DNA of 64,000 bases from the human T2T-CHM13v2.0 reference genome, Homo sapiens. Shown piece after piece: positions 15,120 to 26,160 of the stretch. Position numbers and translations under genes: made by a program. Position 1 is the stretch's first letter; the number at the start of each line of letters is the position of its first letter. The notes below the pieces were generated by a model. That model made no database searches and had not been told where the DNA came from. It saw nothing but the letters and a program-made list of their open reading frames with translations. The stretch lies in the NCBI RefSeq assembly GCF_009914755.1, contig NC_060928.1. One strand, written 5' to 3'.

Positions 15120-15445
15120 CATAATGGAATACTGATGCATATTTGAACATGGATTAACCTCAAAAACAGCATGCTGTGAAAGAAGCCAAATGCAAACAGT
15201 CCAATTTATGAGAAATATCCAGAAAATACGACTTGTTGGAGACAAAAATAAGATCAGCAATTGACAGGTAATTGGGTTGGGAATAGGGATTAACTGTAAA
15301 AGAGCTCATAGAAATTTTTCAAGGGTGATAGAAATGTTCTAAAATTGATTTGCAGTGATGGTAACATAACTATAAATTTACTAAAAACAGTCAACTATAC
15401 ACTTATCATAAATAAATTTTATTTCAATAAATCATTAAAAAACAA
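15120..15445 (+). mobile_element. L1MB/ME 3'UTR fragment
   Basis: aacatggattaacctcaaaaac..atgctgtgaaagaagcca...ggtgatagaaatgttctaaaattgatt...tcaataaa. Confidence 0.75.
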
Positions 15446-16309
15446 ACAAACAAACAACAGCCAGGATTTCTTTGTGTCATACGCTACCAAAAGAACCCTA
15501 ATAAAGACACCGCTTTTCTGTTGACCCTGTATAACTTAGTCTGCAGATGGGAGATGAGAGTTTCAAATTTGGGATCAGAGTTGTTTTTCTATTTGCCAAG
15601 CTCATTGTGCTGTTCTTATATTTTAACCTTAACTTTTTAAAAAAAAATCCTGATTCAACAGGAATAAAAGAAAATGCCACGTTCTAACAACTAAATATTG
15701 GAAGAGTTGCTTAAAAACTGTTTCTTGTGTTCAAAAACTACCCTTCAATTACTCCTCATAAGATTGCAACATTAAGAAAAGCAAGATAATAAACTAGAAG
15801 CTGGTGGTGGGTATGTATGTACTGTGAGCAGGAGTCTTCCTCTTCCTACTGCCTCAAGGAAAACTTGTTCACCCACTGCCACAGTTACCTTTCCTGTGCA
15901 TTGAACACAGGTAATACTAAAACCAGCAAGGAGATAACAGAAGAATATGTGGGAGTACCTGCAACACAGCAAAACCTTTGTTATGTTCTGCTCAAATTAA
16001 ATAGCATCACACTTTATTATGACTCTAGCCAAATTAACCAAAAACCTGGTTTCTACAATCTGGAGTCCTGTTTTTCTGACATCATTGAAACTTTTCTAAC
16101 ATTTGCTTAAAAATTTAGGATATCAAATTATAAAGTTTAATAGTTATAAAAACAAATATAAATACTTTTAGAAACGATTTTAGAGAAATGCAGTACAAAA
16201 TCCTACAGATCTGTAATACATGAATCCTGTAGTTTGCTGATCATAGAATGAGAACATGGACTTTGTTGTACATATTTACTCTACATTTATTCAAAGGTTG
16301 AAAGGAACA

Positions 16310-16413
16310 TTCAGTGTATATTCATGGAAACAGAATGCTTTCACTAGTCCGAAATTCTCCCTTCAGTGTATATTCATGGAAACAGAATGCTTTCACTAGT
16401 CCGAAATTCTCCC
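16310..16413. repeat. Perfect 52-bp tandem duplication
   Basis: ttcagtgtatattcatggaaacagaatgctttcactagtccgaaattctccc at 16310-16361 and 16362-16413, identical. Confidence 0.98.
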
Positions 16414-16822
16414 TTGACTTCACAGATGATAGTTTTTCAACCCTGTATTATTTTGCATATTTTCATATTTATTGGCACTGTGCTAGAGGGCTGAGTAGGA
16501 CTGGAATATTGGACCAGTGAAGGGACATTGGAAGACATGCATCTGCTCAGAGTTCTCTAATTAATTTCATTCACCTGCCAAGAATTCTCATGAATAATAG
16601 CAGTAGTAGTGGCACCAATAATGATAATAAATCCCTGAAGATGGATTCACACATGTGAATTGCTTGAAGCTGCTGTTTGCTTTGTATGTTCTATGGGTTC
16701 AAGAGTATTCAGAGCTCTGGAGGCTTCTTAGAGTTATACATCAGAGTTTGATATGAGTTAGGACATTCAGACTCCAGAAGACTGGAAGGCACATGGTGAA
16801 TATGGGTCTTATAAGAAGATAT

Positions 16823-17359
16823 TCTTACAAGAAAGGGGTCCTGAACCAGACCCCAAGAGAGTCTGGATCTCACACAAGAAAGAATTCAGGGCGAGTCCTT
16901 AGAATAAAGTGAAAGCAAGTTTATTAAGAAAGCAAAGGTATACAAGCATGGCTACTCCATAGACAGAGCAGGCCTGAGGGCTGCTGGTTGCCATTTTTAT
17001 GTTTTTTTCTTGATTATGTGCTAAGCAAGGGGTGGATTATTCATGCCTCCCCTTTTTAGACCTGAATGTTGCTATGGCACTTATAAACTGTCATGCTGCT
17101 GGTGAGGGTGTAGTAGTGAGGATAACCAGAAGTCACTCTCTTCGCCATCTTGGTTTTGATGGGTTTCGGCCCACTTTTTTATTGCAAACAGTTTTATCAG
17201 CAAGGTCTTTATGACCTGTATCTTGCACTGCCAACCTCCTATCTCATCCTGTGTCTTAGAATGCCTTAACCAACTGGGAATGCAGCCCAGTAGGTCTTAG
17301 CCTCATTTTACCCAGCTCCTATTCAAGATGGAGTTGCTTTGTTTCAAATGCCTCTGACA
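16823..17359 (-). mobile_element. MER41A-like ERV1 solo LTR
   Basis: reverse complement begins tgtcagaggcatttgaaacaaagcaactccatcttgaatagg; contains ggggaggcatgaataatccacccc; 4-bp TSD atat/atgt. Confidence 0.9.
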
Positions 17360-18009
17360 ATGTGAGTGGAAAATTAGAATGAAATAAAAACATTTCTTGG
17401 GAATTTGCAACAGGATTTAAATTGGTTTTGTTATTGACTCCATTGTCACTTTCTGGTGTCTCCTTACTACCATTGGTGAGTATTCCAATTATTAAAATGT
17501 TTAAAGGGAGGAATTATGCCTGTAAAGAAGGTTCAAAAGGCAAATAAACAAAAAAATTTAGGAAACAGATACCAAGGGCCTTCATAAAATCACAAAATCA
17601 ACCCAGCAAATATCTCACTATTTTGGTGAGTGTTTTACCTGTTTTAGGAAAGGAAGTTCTTTGCTAGATAATGAGGGGTTTGTGCCCTGCATTTTCTATT
17701 TTCTGGAATTCTCTAAGATGCTAGATTTCAAGAAAATGACTCACCAATTCAGCCACCTTTACAGTTGTTGATGTTCATAACAATGTAAAATATGAGATCT
17801 TAACTTAGTCAAAAATTGAATCAAATATTATTCATTCTGGAATTAGGATGTTCGTGAATCATGCATCTATAGTGCAAATGTTGGGGCTATCAGATTATAT
17901 ATTCAGCTTTAATGCTCTTCTGTAGTTATATTGACCTAAAATAAAAGTTAAGACATGTTATTTTACAAGGAAAATCTGTGCAAATATCAGACAATAGTGA
18001 ATTGTTCTG

Positions 18010-18478
18010 AATATTCTTTATTTGTTCCTATAGCTCCACTCTCTACCCTTCATGCTCTGCGAAGATGACCCTGTGGACTGCATCAATTGGGCCCCATTGA
18101 CTTCTGACTTCCAATGAGAGGCACCAGTAGAAAATAGCCCCATTCATTTTCCTGCTTTCTTTACTGCTTGGATGTAAGTGGCAAGTTTCTGTTTTTCTAT
18201 CAAAGGCCACAGTTTAGTCAGGCTCCTTTTTCATATATGTTTTGCTCTTTCTGGCTAACCACTCTTTGTTTCATTGTTTCTTCAAGCCAAGAATTGGTAA
18301 TGGTGCCCTGATGTGGCTAATAATGGAATTTTTCAACATTCTTCATTGGTTTCCTCTAACCTAGACCATACTTTTGACACTAGCTCATTCATTTATTCTC
18401 TCCTTAATTACCTCATTGAAAATTTACCTGTTTTCTGCCAGGAAGCTAAAACAGTAATTAGTACCAGGAGTACCAGTT
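18010..18478 (+). mobile_element. LTR33-like ERVL LTR with a few bases of adjoining internal sequence
   Basis: gaccctgtggactgcatcaa..., aaaggccacag, ...ttctctccttaattacc...ctgttttctgccagga, then gtaattagtaccaggagt. Confidence 0.55.
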
Positions 18479-18496
18479 ACTCCTGCTAACATCCTG

Positions 18497-18878
18497 TGTG
18501 ATGGTTAATACTGAGTGTCAACTTGATTGGATTGAAGGATGCAAAGTATTCATCCTGGTGTTGCCAAAGCAGATTAACATTTGAGTTAGTTGGCTGGGAA
18601 AGGCAGACCCACCCTTAATCTGGGTGGGCACAATCTAATCAGCTGCCAGAGCAACTAGAATATAAGGCAGGCAGAAAAACAAAAAAAGACTAGACTGGCC
18701 TAGTCTCCCAATCTACCTTCTTTCTCCTGTGCTGGATGCTTCCTGCCCTCACTCATCAGACTCCAAGTTCTTAAGTTTTGGGACTCAGACTGGCTCACCT
18801 TGCTCTTCAGCTTGCAGACGGCGTATTGTGGGACCTTGTGATTGTGTGAGTTTAATACTCCTCAATAAACTCCCCTTC

Positions 18879-18953
<75 letters not shown>

Positions 18954-19041
18954 TGAAAGATATGTGTTTATAGATAGATAGAGAGATAGATATAGATATC
19001 TCCTATTAGTTCTGTCTCTGTAGAGAACCCTGACTAATACG
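18497..19041 (+). mobile_element. MLT2A2-like HERV-L solo LTR
   Basis: tgtgatggttaatactgagtgtcaacttgattggattgaaggatgc...cctattagttctgtctctgtagagaaccctgactaatac. Confidence 0.92.
18879..19000. repeat. (AT)n microsatellite followed by (ATAG)n-like repeat, inside MLT2A
   Basis: ~75 nt of interrupted AT dinucleotide, then tagatagatagagagatagatatagat. Confidence 0.95.
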
Positions 19042-19896
19042 TTGGGCAAACTCAAATATTTCAGGTTTGCACATAACTTGCTTACTAGGGGAAATGATCC
19101 ACTAGTAATTCTTGAATGTGAGGAAAGAATAATAAAAATTATTACTAAGATGACATTGGGAGTTGGTAACACATTAGGAGATACACTGTGCTGATCAAGA
19201 TATTTAGTTACTCTGGTGACAGCAGTATTACAAAGCTTGTAGAGTTCAGTAGGCTGTCATTTCAACCATATCCCAGGCAATTTACATCACTAATATTATG
19301 GATTTTGATGCATAGTACACGAAGAATTTCCATGGTTAAATAAGTTCAGAAGGGCTGCACCAAATTTAAACAGGTTAAATTACTAGGCTATGGTTGAAAA
19401 ACATCAAATTATAATTTTCAAAATATTTTTCAAACAAGTCTTACATGATTATAGTACAACCTGAAGAATGTCTATTAATTTTAGTCAACTATACTGAACT
19501 TATTTTATAAACTTCTCAAAAATTTATTTAACTTTTGCATGAAGAAACCAGTGAAATGGTAAAGCTGATTGAACTAGCATTTGTGTAACTCAGTAATTTA
19601 TAACCACTAGAAATTAACATGGGAATGAAATTGTTAAAATACATATAAAACTAGTTAATACTCTATAAGTAATGAAATTGTAACCATAATCTTTGAGGTT
19701 ATTTCTATCAGGAAAAATCATTTGCATAACTGTCACACAAAAATCTAGAAGTTGACCTATAATTACATAGAGTATGAACTCTAATTAAGAGTAAATGGCT
19801 GAGACAAGCACAAATGCATCTTCCTGAAAAGATGACTACGGTTTAGGTAGGCTTGTTAAACAATGCCCAAGGATGATATGAAAAGAACATACTCCC

Positions 19897-20180
19897 AGCT
19901 GGGCATGGTGGCTCACACCTGTAATCCCAACATTTTGGGAGGCCGAAGAAGAGCAGATCACCTGAGGTCAGGAGTTCGAGACCAGCCTGGCCAACATGAT
20001 GAAACCCCATCTCTACTAAAAATACAAAAAAATTAGCTGGGTGTGGTGGCATGTGCCTGTACTCCCAGCCACTAAGGAAGCTGAGGCAGAAGAATCGCTT
20101 GAACCCAGGAGGCGGATGTTGCAATGAGCCTATCACACCACTGTACTCCAGTCTGGGAAACAAGAGTGAAAACACCATAA
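19897..20180 (+). mobile_element. AluS (Sx/Sq-like)
   Basis: full dimer; the tail is replaced by a GAAA/GGAA microsatellite. Confidence 0.93.
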
Positions 20181-20220
20181 GAAGAAAGAAAGAAAAAGGA
20201 AGGAAGGAAGGAAGGAAGGG

Positions 20221-20290
<70 letters not shown>

Positions 20291-20358
20291 GAAAGAAAGA
20301 AAGAAGAAAGAGAAAGGAAGGAAGGAAGGAAGGAAGGAAGGAAGGAAGGAAGGAAGGA
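20180..20358. repeat. Compound STR: (GAAA)17 at 20222-20289 and (GGAA)10 at 20316-20355
   Basis: counted directly in the sequence. Confidence 0.95.
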
Positions 20359-20996
20359 TAATGCCCTCACTTTGCCTACTTTCCAAGGTGTAAGGTTTTT
20401 TCCCCGTAACTATACTAAATGGCAACCATCATTTTTATTTTGATATTTAATCCAGTGTGATTTGCCTTATATTTTATATTCTCTGTAACCAGTGGCATAT
20501 GGAAAGGGTTACTGGCATAAATGCATTATTGTTCACTATAAAGTAATAAACATGATTTAGGGGAAGAGTAATGGCTTCCAACAATTTATATCAGCTTACA
20601 TGCTTATTTAGGAATACTTTCTAATTCTCATAGTGAAAATTCACATACACACACCTACAGCAGATTTGTTTTAATTATTAAAGCCTCAGAGTAGTATGGT
20701 AAAGAATAAAAGATACAAATTTTTATAAAATCTTCAATTCAGAGCCTCATACCTGAGATTCTGCATTCAAATGAGCCATTGAAAAATAAATTGGCTCTTA
20801 GGTGTCAAGAAGAACATTAGAAATTACCTTTATGTGCCATTTTAGAGTTCCACCTGCTCACTAGGAAACAAAATGTCAGGAAATAATGAATCAACATTAT
20901 ACATACTGAAGTTGCAAGATGGGAAATAGGATTCAGATCAAAGGTCTCTGAGGGACAAAACTTACAAATAAATGAATTTTTGACAGGACTCTTCCC

Positions 20997-21497
20997 TGTG
21001 GCATGTCAAACAATGGTCCACTAAAGATGGTTGTGTTCTAATCTCTGGGACATATGAATCTGTTAAATTACATGGATAAAAGGAATTTAGGCTGCAGATG
21101 GAGTTAAGGTTGCTAGTCAGCTGACATTAAAGACATTATTCTGGATTATATGTTTAGTCCTAATTTAATCTCAAGGATTCCTATAACTGGAAGAGGGTGG
21201 TGAAAAGAGTCAGACTGATACCATATGAAAAGAGCTTGACCCGCTGTTGCTGATTTTCAAGATGGAAGAAAGAGGTCATGAGTCAAGAAAGGTGGGAGCC
21301 CTCTACAAACTAGAAAGACAAAGAAGTGGCTCATATTCAGAGCCCATAGAAAGGAATACAGCCCTGCTAACACCTTCACTTTAGACCAGTGAGACCTATG
21401 TTGGATTTCTAACCCATATAACTGTAAGCTAAATTTGTAGGTTTTATGCCATTCAATATAGGGTAATTTATTACAGCAACAATAGAAAATTAACACA
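20997..21497 (+). mobile_element. MLT1D-like MaLR solo LTR
   Basis: tgtggc...gcagatggagttaaggttgctagtcagctgac...cagccctgctaacacctt...ttacagcaacaatagaaaattaacaca. Confidence 0.85.
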
Positions 21498-22440
21498 CTC
21501 CTCCAAACAGTAACCAACTAAATACAAATAAAATGAGATAGCATTTTTATCAAGTTTGTAAAAACTTGAAAGACTAACAATACTCATTGTTGAAAGAAAT
21601 GTGGGGAAGGACAACTTTATGTTCCCATGTTATAATATTTTCTTGTGAGTGTAGTTTGATATACCATTTGGGAATATGTGTATTTCAGTGAGAAGCTAAG
21701 CACCACACATATAGTAGCTCCTGTTCCATCACAGTGTCTACAGGACAATATACAAAAATGGCTGGTCTCACTACCTTTCCTCTTGTTTTCAAAAGGGGAA
21801 AAAAGTCCTTGTAACACCAATAGAACTTTCCACTTGCATTTAAATTCCATTTACCTCACTCTCAGGAGGGCTTTGTCCCTTCAGTTCTTTGCTGTGCTTC
21901 CTGTGCTATCATTCTCTCCCTCTCTACTGATATCATCCTCATCCATGTCAAAATCTTTTACAGTTTTGCCTGCCTGTCTTAAAAAATTCTTTTTTTACAC
22001 TACTGTTGCTCTTTTCCTAGCTCAAATTTGCTTCTCCTCAACAAAACCCTTCACAAAATAATTTTCTAGCCTGATATTTCAGCTTCTTTACCTCTCATTC
22101 ACCATTTTTTAAAATTCATTTAATTTTGAGGTTTTAAAATATAATAATTTAAAAATTATTTAATATATACATGTAATTTTATGTAACTGCATAAATATAA
22201 TCATATACTTGGTTTATTTCCCCCATAAGTGTTCTTTTCCTGGATTCTTTCCCCTTGTCTCCTTCATCCACATTAGCTCATTAAAAAAGAAAGCACAGCT
22301 GTGCCTGTGGGTCTATGTGTGTATATATACGTATATATACACACACATATACTTTATATATAAATATATATTTGCTGTATTTGCTGTAGACTAAATTTCC
22401 AGGAATAGGATTGTGATGGAAGGTATTGAAGATATATGCA

Positions 22441-23063
22441 TTTTTTCTTTTTTTTTTTTTAATTATACTTTAAGTTCTAGGGTACATGTGCACAAACCTC
22501 TGTAGACTTAAATGTCCCTGTCTGACAGCTTTGAAGAGAGTAGTAGTTCTCCCAGCACGTAGTTTGAGATCTGAGAACGGACAGACTGCCTCCTCAAGTG
22601 GGTCCCTGACCCCCAGTAGCCTAACTGGGAGGCACCCCCCGGTAGGGGCAGACTGACACCTCACATGGCCGGGTGCCCCTCAGAGAAAAAGCTTCCAGAG
22701 GAATGATCAGGCAGCAACATTTGCTCTTCAGCAATATTTGCTGTTCTGCAGCCTCTGCTGCTGATACCCAGGCAAACAGGGTCTGGAGTGGACCTCCAGC
22801 AAACTCCAACAGACCTGCAGCTGAGGGTCTTGACTGGTAGAAGGAAAACTAACAGAAAGGACATCCACACCAAAACCCCATCTGTACGTCACCATCATCA
22901 AAGACCAAAGGTACATAAAAACCACAAAGATGTGGATAAAACAGAGCAGAAAAGCTGAAAATTCTAAAAATCAGAGCACTTCTCCCTTTCCAAAGGAATG
23001 CAGCTCCTCGCCAGCAATGGAACAAAGCTGGACAGAGAATGACTTTGACAAGTTGAGAGAAGA
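22441..23063 (-). mobile_element. L1PA4-6 insertion: poly(A) + ~35 nt of 3' end (minus) joined to an inverted 5'UTR/ORF1-start segment (22494-23063, plus)
   Basis: ttatactttaagttctagggtacatgtgcacaa then acctctgtagacttaaatgtccctgtctgacagc...; TSD gaagatatatgca (22428-22440) / gaagatatacgca (23059-23071). Confidence 0.93.
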
Positions 23064-23082
23064 TATACGCATTTTTTTGTAG
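22930..23082 (+). pseudogene. Truncated L1 ORF1p N-terminus (44 L1 codons, then read-through into flank; 50 aa)
   Basis: MWIKQSRKAENSKNQSTSPFPKECSSSPAMEQSWTENDFDKLREDIRIFL* aligns with ORF1p MGKKQNRKTGNSKTQSASPPPKERSSSPATEQSWMENDFDELRE. Confidence 0.85.
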
Positions 23083-25479
23083 ACATTTCTAGATTACTTC
23101 CTGAAGAGTCTATGATACTGTATTTCCACTAGCAACATATGAGCCCTTTCCCACACATCACTTTCAAGAAAAGGTGACATAGCACTTGTCGATTTTTACT
23201 AGTCTGATGGATACAAAGATTTATACAACTATTTTTCCTTTCACATTTTCTTGAGTAGGGTGAACATTTTTTCTCATACATTTATTTTTCAAATATTTAT
23301 TGTTCTAAAGAGTTATTTAGTTTTATGTTTTGCCCACTTTTATTTGTCAACTTGGCGCTTTGTCAATTATAGATATTAATACATTATCTTCTGTATTACA
23401 TTTTTCTAGCTTTATTGGTAGTCTAATGGTTTTGTAATTGACTCTTGTACACATTAACAATTTTTATTATAGTTGAATATATCTAACTTTACCTTTGTAG
23501 GATTAAGAGTAAACTTGTAACCTTAAAATTTAGAGATTTCAAATTTAGCTAAGGTTTCCCCTTCCCACAGCCATTGGTACCATAAAATTTTATTAAATGT
23601 CCTATTTATTTTCTTCCTGAATTGACCTATCAAGAATACCATATATTGTGTTCTCATAAATTCAAGAATTTATTTATAGCTTCTTCATTCTATTCCTCTG
23701 GACTACTTATTTATTTTGAGACACAGAGTAAATGATTTGATTGCATAGATTCATGATAATAGTATGATGTGATATTTAGTTAGATTAGTTCCCTTCTCAC
23801 TACTCTTTTTTATTTATTTCTTGGTTAGTCTCTGGTGTTCTTCCATAGAAATGTAAACATAATTTTTTCCATTCAGATTCCATTAATATGCCTTTTAGGG
23901 TTGTAATTGGAATGGCAACACATTTCTTGTTACTTTAGAAAGAATTGATATTTTTGCTAGCTAAAGTCTGCTCATTCAGAATTTGTTATTTCTTCCTGTT
24001 GTCCATATTATCTATACATTTACATATGTATGTATTATCTGAATAGAATGATAATATTGAAAGATATATATGAAGGAATAGTCTCTTTCATAGAGTTCCT
24101 GGGCCATTTAATACTATCCAAAAGTGTTAATATTTCTCAAGAATGCTATAGTTTTGTTGCTATTCAAATGGAATATTATTTCACATTTCCATTTTAGATA
24201 CTTTTTCACTGAATAGAGAGAGAGATACTATTGGCTTATGAATATTTATATTGAATCTAGCCACTAACCAAGGTCTCATTAATTTTTACTGTTTCTTGTT
24301 TCTATCACTCAAGTTTTTTATGCATATTATTAGCAAAAAAAAAGAAAAAATGTTGCTATTGCAATTTTTCTGGTGATTACAACAGGAATTTACTATTTTA
24401 AGTAATAAAATGCCTTACTGCATTTTGTAAAATATCTTGGTAAGCAGTAACAATGAGAGATCTCTGCCAAGTTTCTGGCTTTATTTTGCACAGCTTTTGA
24501 ATTTCAATAGGTAGCACAGTATTTGCTATTGCTTTGGGATAAAAATCAATTATCATGTTTATTTAAGAAATGTTTATTATGATTAAATTTTTATAGGAAT
24601 GACTACATTTTGTGTTACCTTTTCAACAGTATCTGATATCATTTTCTTTAATTTGTTTATATTAATTTTTTATTATATGCTACTTCCTGACACTAAACTG
24701 TCCTTGTTTCCTGGTTTAAAGCTTTATTTTCTCATAGCATTATTCTTCTAACATCATGCTGAATTCCTTTTAGTAAGATTGAAATTATGGTTTTTGCATT
24801 CCTATTTTTAAAGGGTTTCTTAACTATCCTTCAGTGAGTTTTATTGTTTAAAATTGTTTCAAATTATTTATCCATCACCACAATCCTATAAATTAGTATA
24901 TAGATTTTATTTTTTGAGCTACTTCTAATCAAGTTTTGTTAATACTGTCTGGCAGTTTTATCTCTTATGGCCAAGAGTTATTTAAGTAATATTAGAATTA
25001 GTGGATCTTTGGTCTTGATGTTATTTTTACTGATAGGACTTCAACAGATTGTTTTTAAAGATAAATAGTCAATTAGACATTTGATTTATTTAAGGTTAAT
25101 TTGGTTAATTTTATTCTTTCAGAAAATTATCCATTTCCTCTGGCAAGCATTCATTCATTTTTCTCTCACCAAAAAATTGCATGTAGAATTATCTTATAAT
25201 TATTTAATCACACCAATATCTCTTGCTTTTTGTTTTCTAAGCGTGTTTATTTTTGCCTTAATCTTTTATATTTTAATCAGGCTTATGCTTTTTAAAAGTG
25301 TATTTATCAATTTAAACTCCTGGTGTTTAGATTTCTTTATCCTTCCCATTATTTCTGCTTGCCCTCCAATTCATTATTATCAATTTATGTAATTGGTTGA
25401 CAGCTGAACAATAATTAATCAATTCCTTCATCAAGATGATGAGAATTTTAACATAACAAAGCACTCACATACTTTAAAA

Positions 25480-26160
25480 TAGTAGAGAGAATGATGAATG
25501 TGAGAAAGCAAGCTGTGATGAGTGGTGTAGATAGTGCACTGGGTGGTGGAATGAGTTGAAGGCAGGTGAGATGTAGAGAAGCCAGACTATGCAAATACAT
25601 ATAAATTATCAAGGATATTTACTTCATGCTAATAGCAAGGGGAAACCTATTAACGATTTCAAGCAGAAAATGGCATGATGCTATTTGTATTTCAAAAATA
25701 TTTTTATTGATATGTGGGATATAGTTTTAACCTGTTGCAGGACTTCATGAAAATATAAGACTTCCTGGAAACCAGCCAAAATGTGATGATTTAACTAGTA
25801 TGAAAGCTATGAAGATAGAAATGAGGTAATAGTTTTGAAAGTTATATAAAAAGTAAAACAAATACCACATATTTTGTGTACATATGTAGTTTAACAGAGA
25901 GAGAGATTCCAATTACAACTTTGAAATCTCTGGTTTCTGTGAAAGGATAGTGGTGGCTTCATTCTTGGAGAGGAAAGAGCTGGAAGACAAGGACAGAGAA
26001 GGAGTGTCACTCACTGTTTATGATCATGTTGAGTTTCCAATCCCCTTATTATAACCAACTAGAAAAAAGTAAGTAAAGCAGTTTGACATATGGATTTGGG
26101 TCTCACAGAAAGAAATCTGACTTGGAAATACACATTTGTGAAACATTATCACTAATGTTA
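25480..26160 (-). mobile_element. L2 relic
   Basis: tttcaagcagaaaatggcatgat, catgttgagttt, aagcagtttgacatatggatttggg...ctgacttggaaatacacatttg. Confidence 0.55.

Larger units (their letters stand above)
22240..25380 (-). mobile_element. Ancient L1M relic (host of the L1PA insertion); boundaries approximate
   Basis: T-rich, degenerate L1 ORF2 reverse-complement motifs (ttccaggaataggattg, agaattgatatttttg, ttgaatctagccact). Confidence 0.5.

Noticed and set aside
16310-16413. Direct repeats as a possible CRISPR array
   Set aside because: Two abutting copies, no spacers, no cas genes, primate context.
19843-20443. ORFs of 117-175 aa on both strands
   Set aside because: Translations of an Alu plus GAAA/GGAA repeat (SFL/RKE runs); not genes.
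22494-22640. L1 antisense promoter / ORF0
   Set aside because: The retained 5'UTR starts near consensus position ~590, downstream of most of the antisense promoter and of ORF0.
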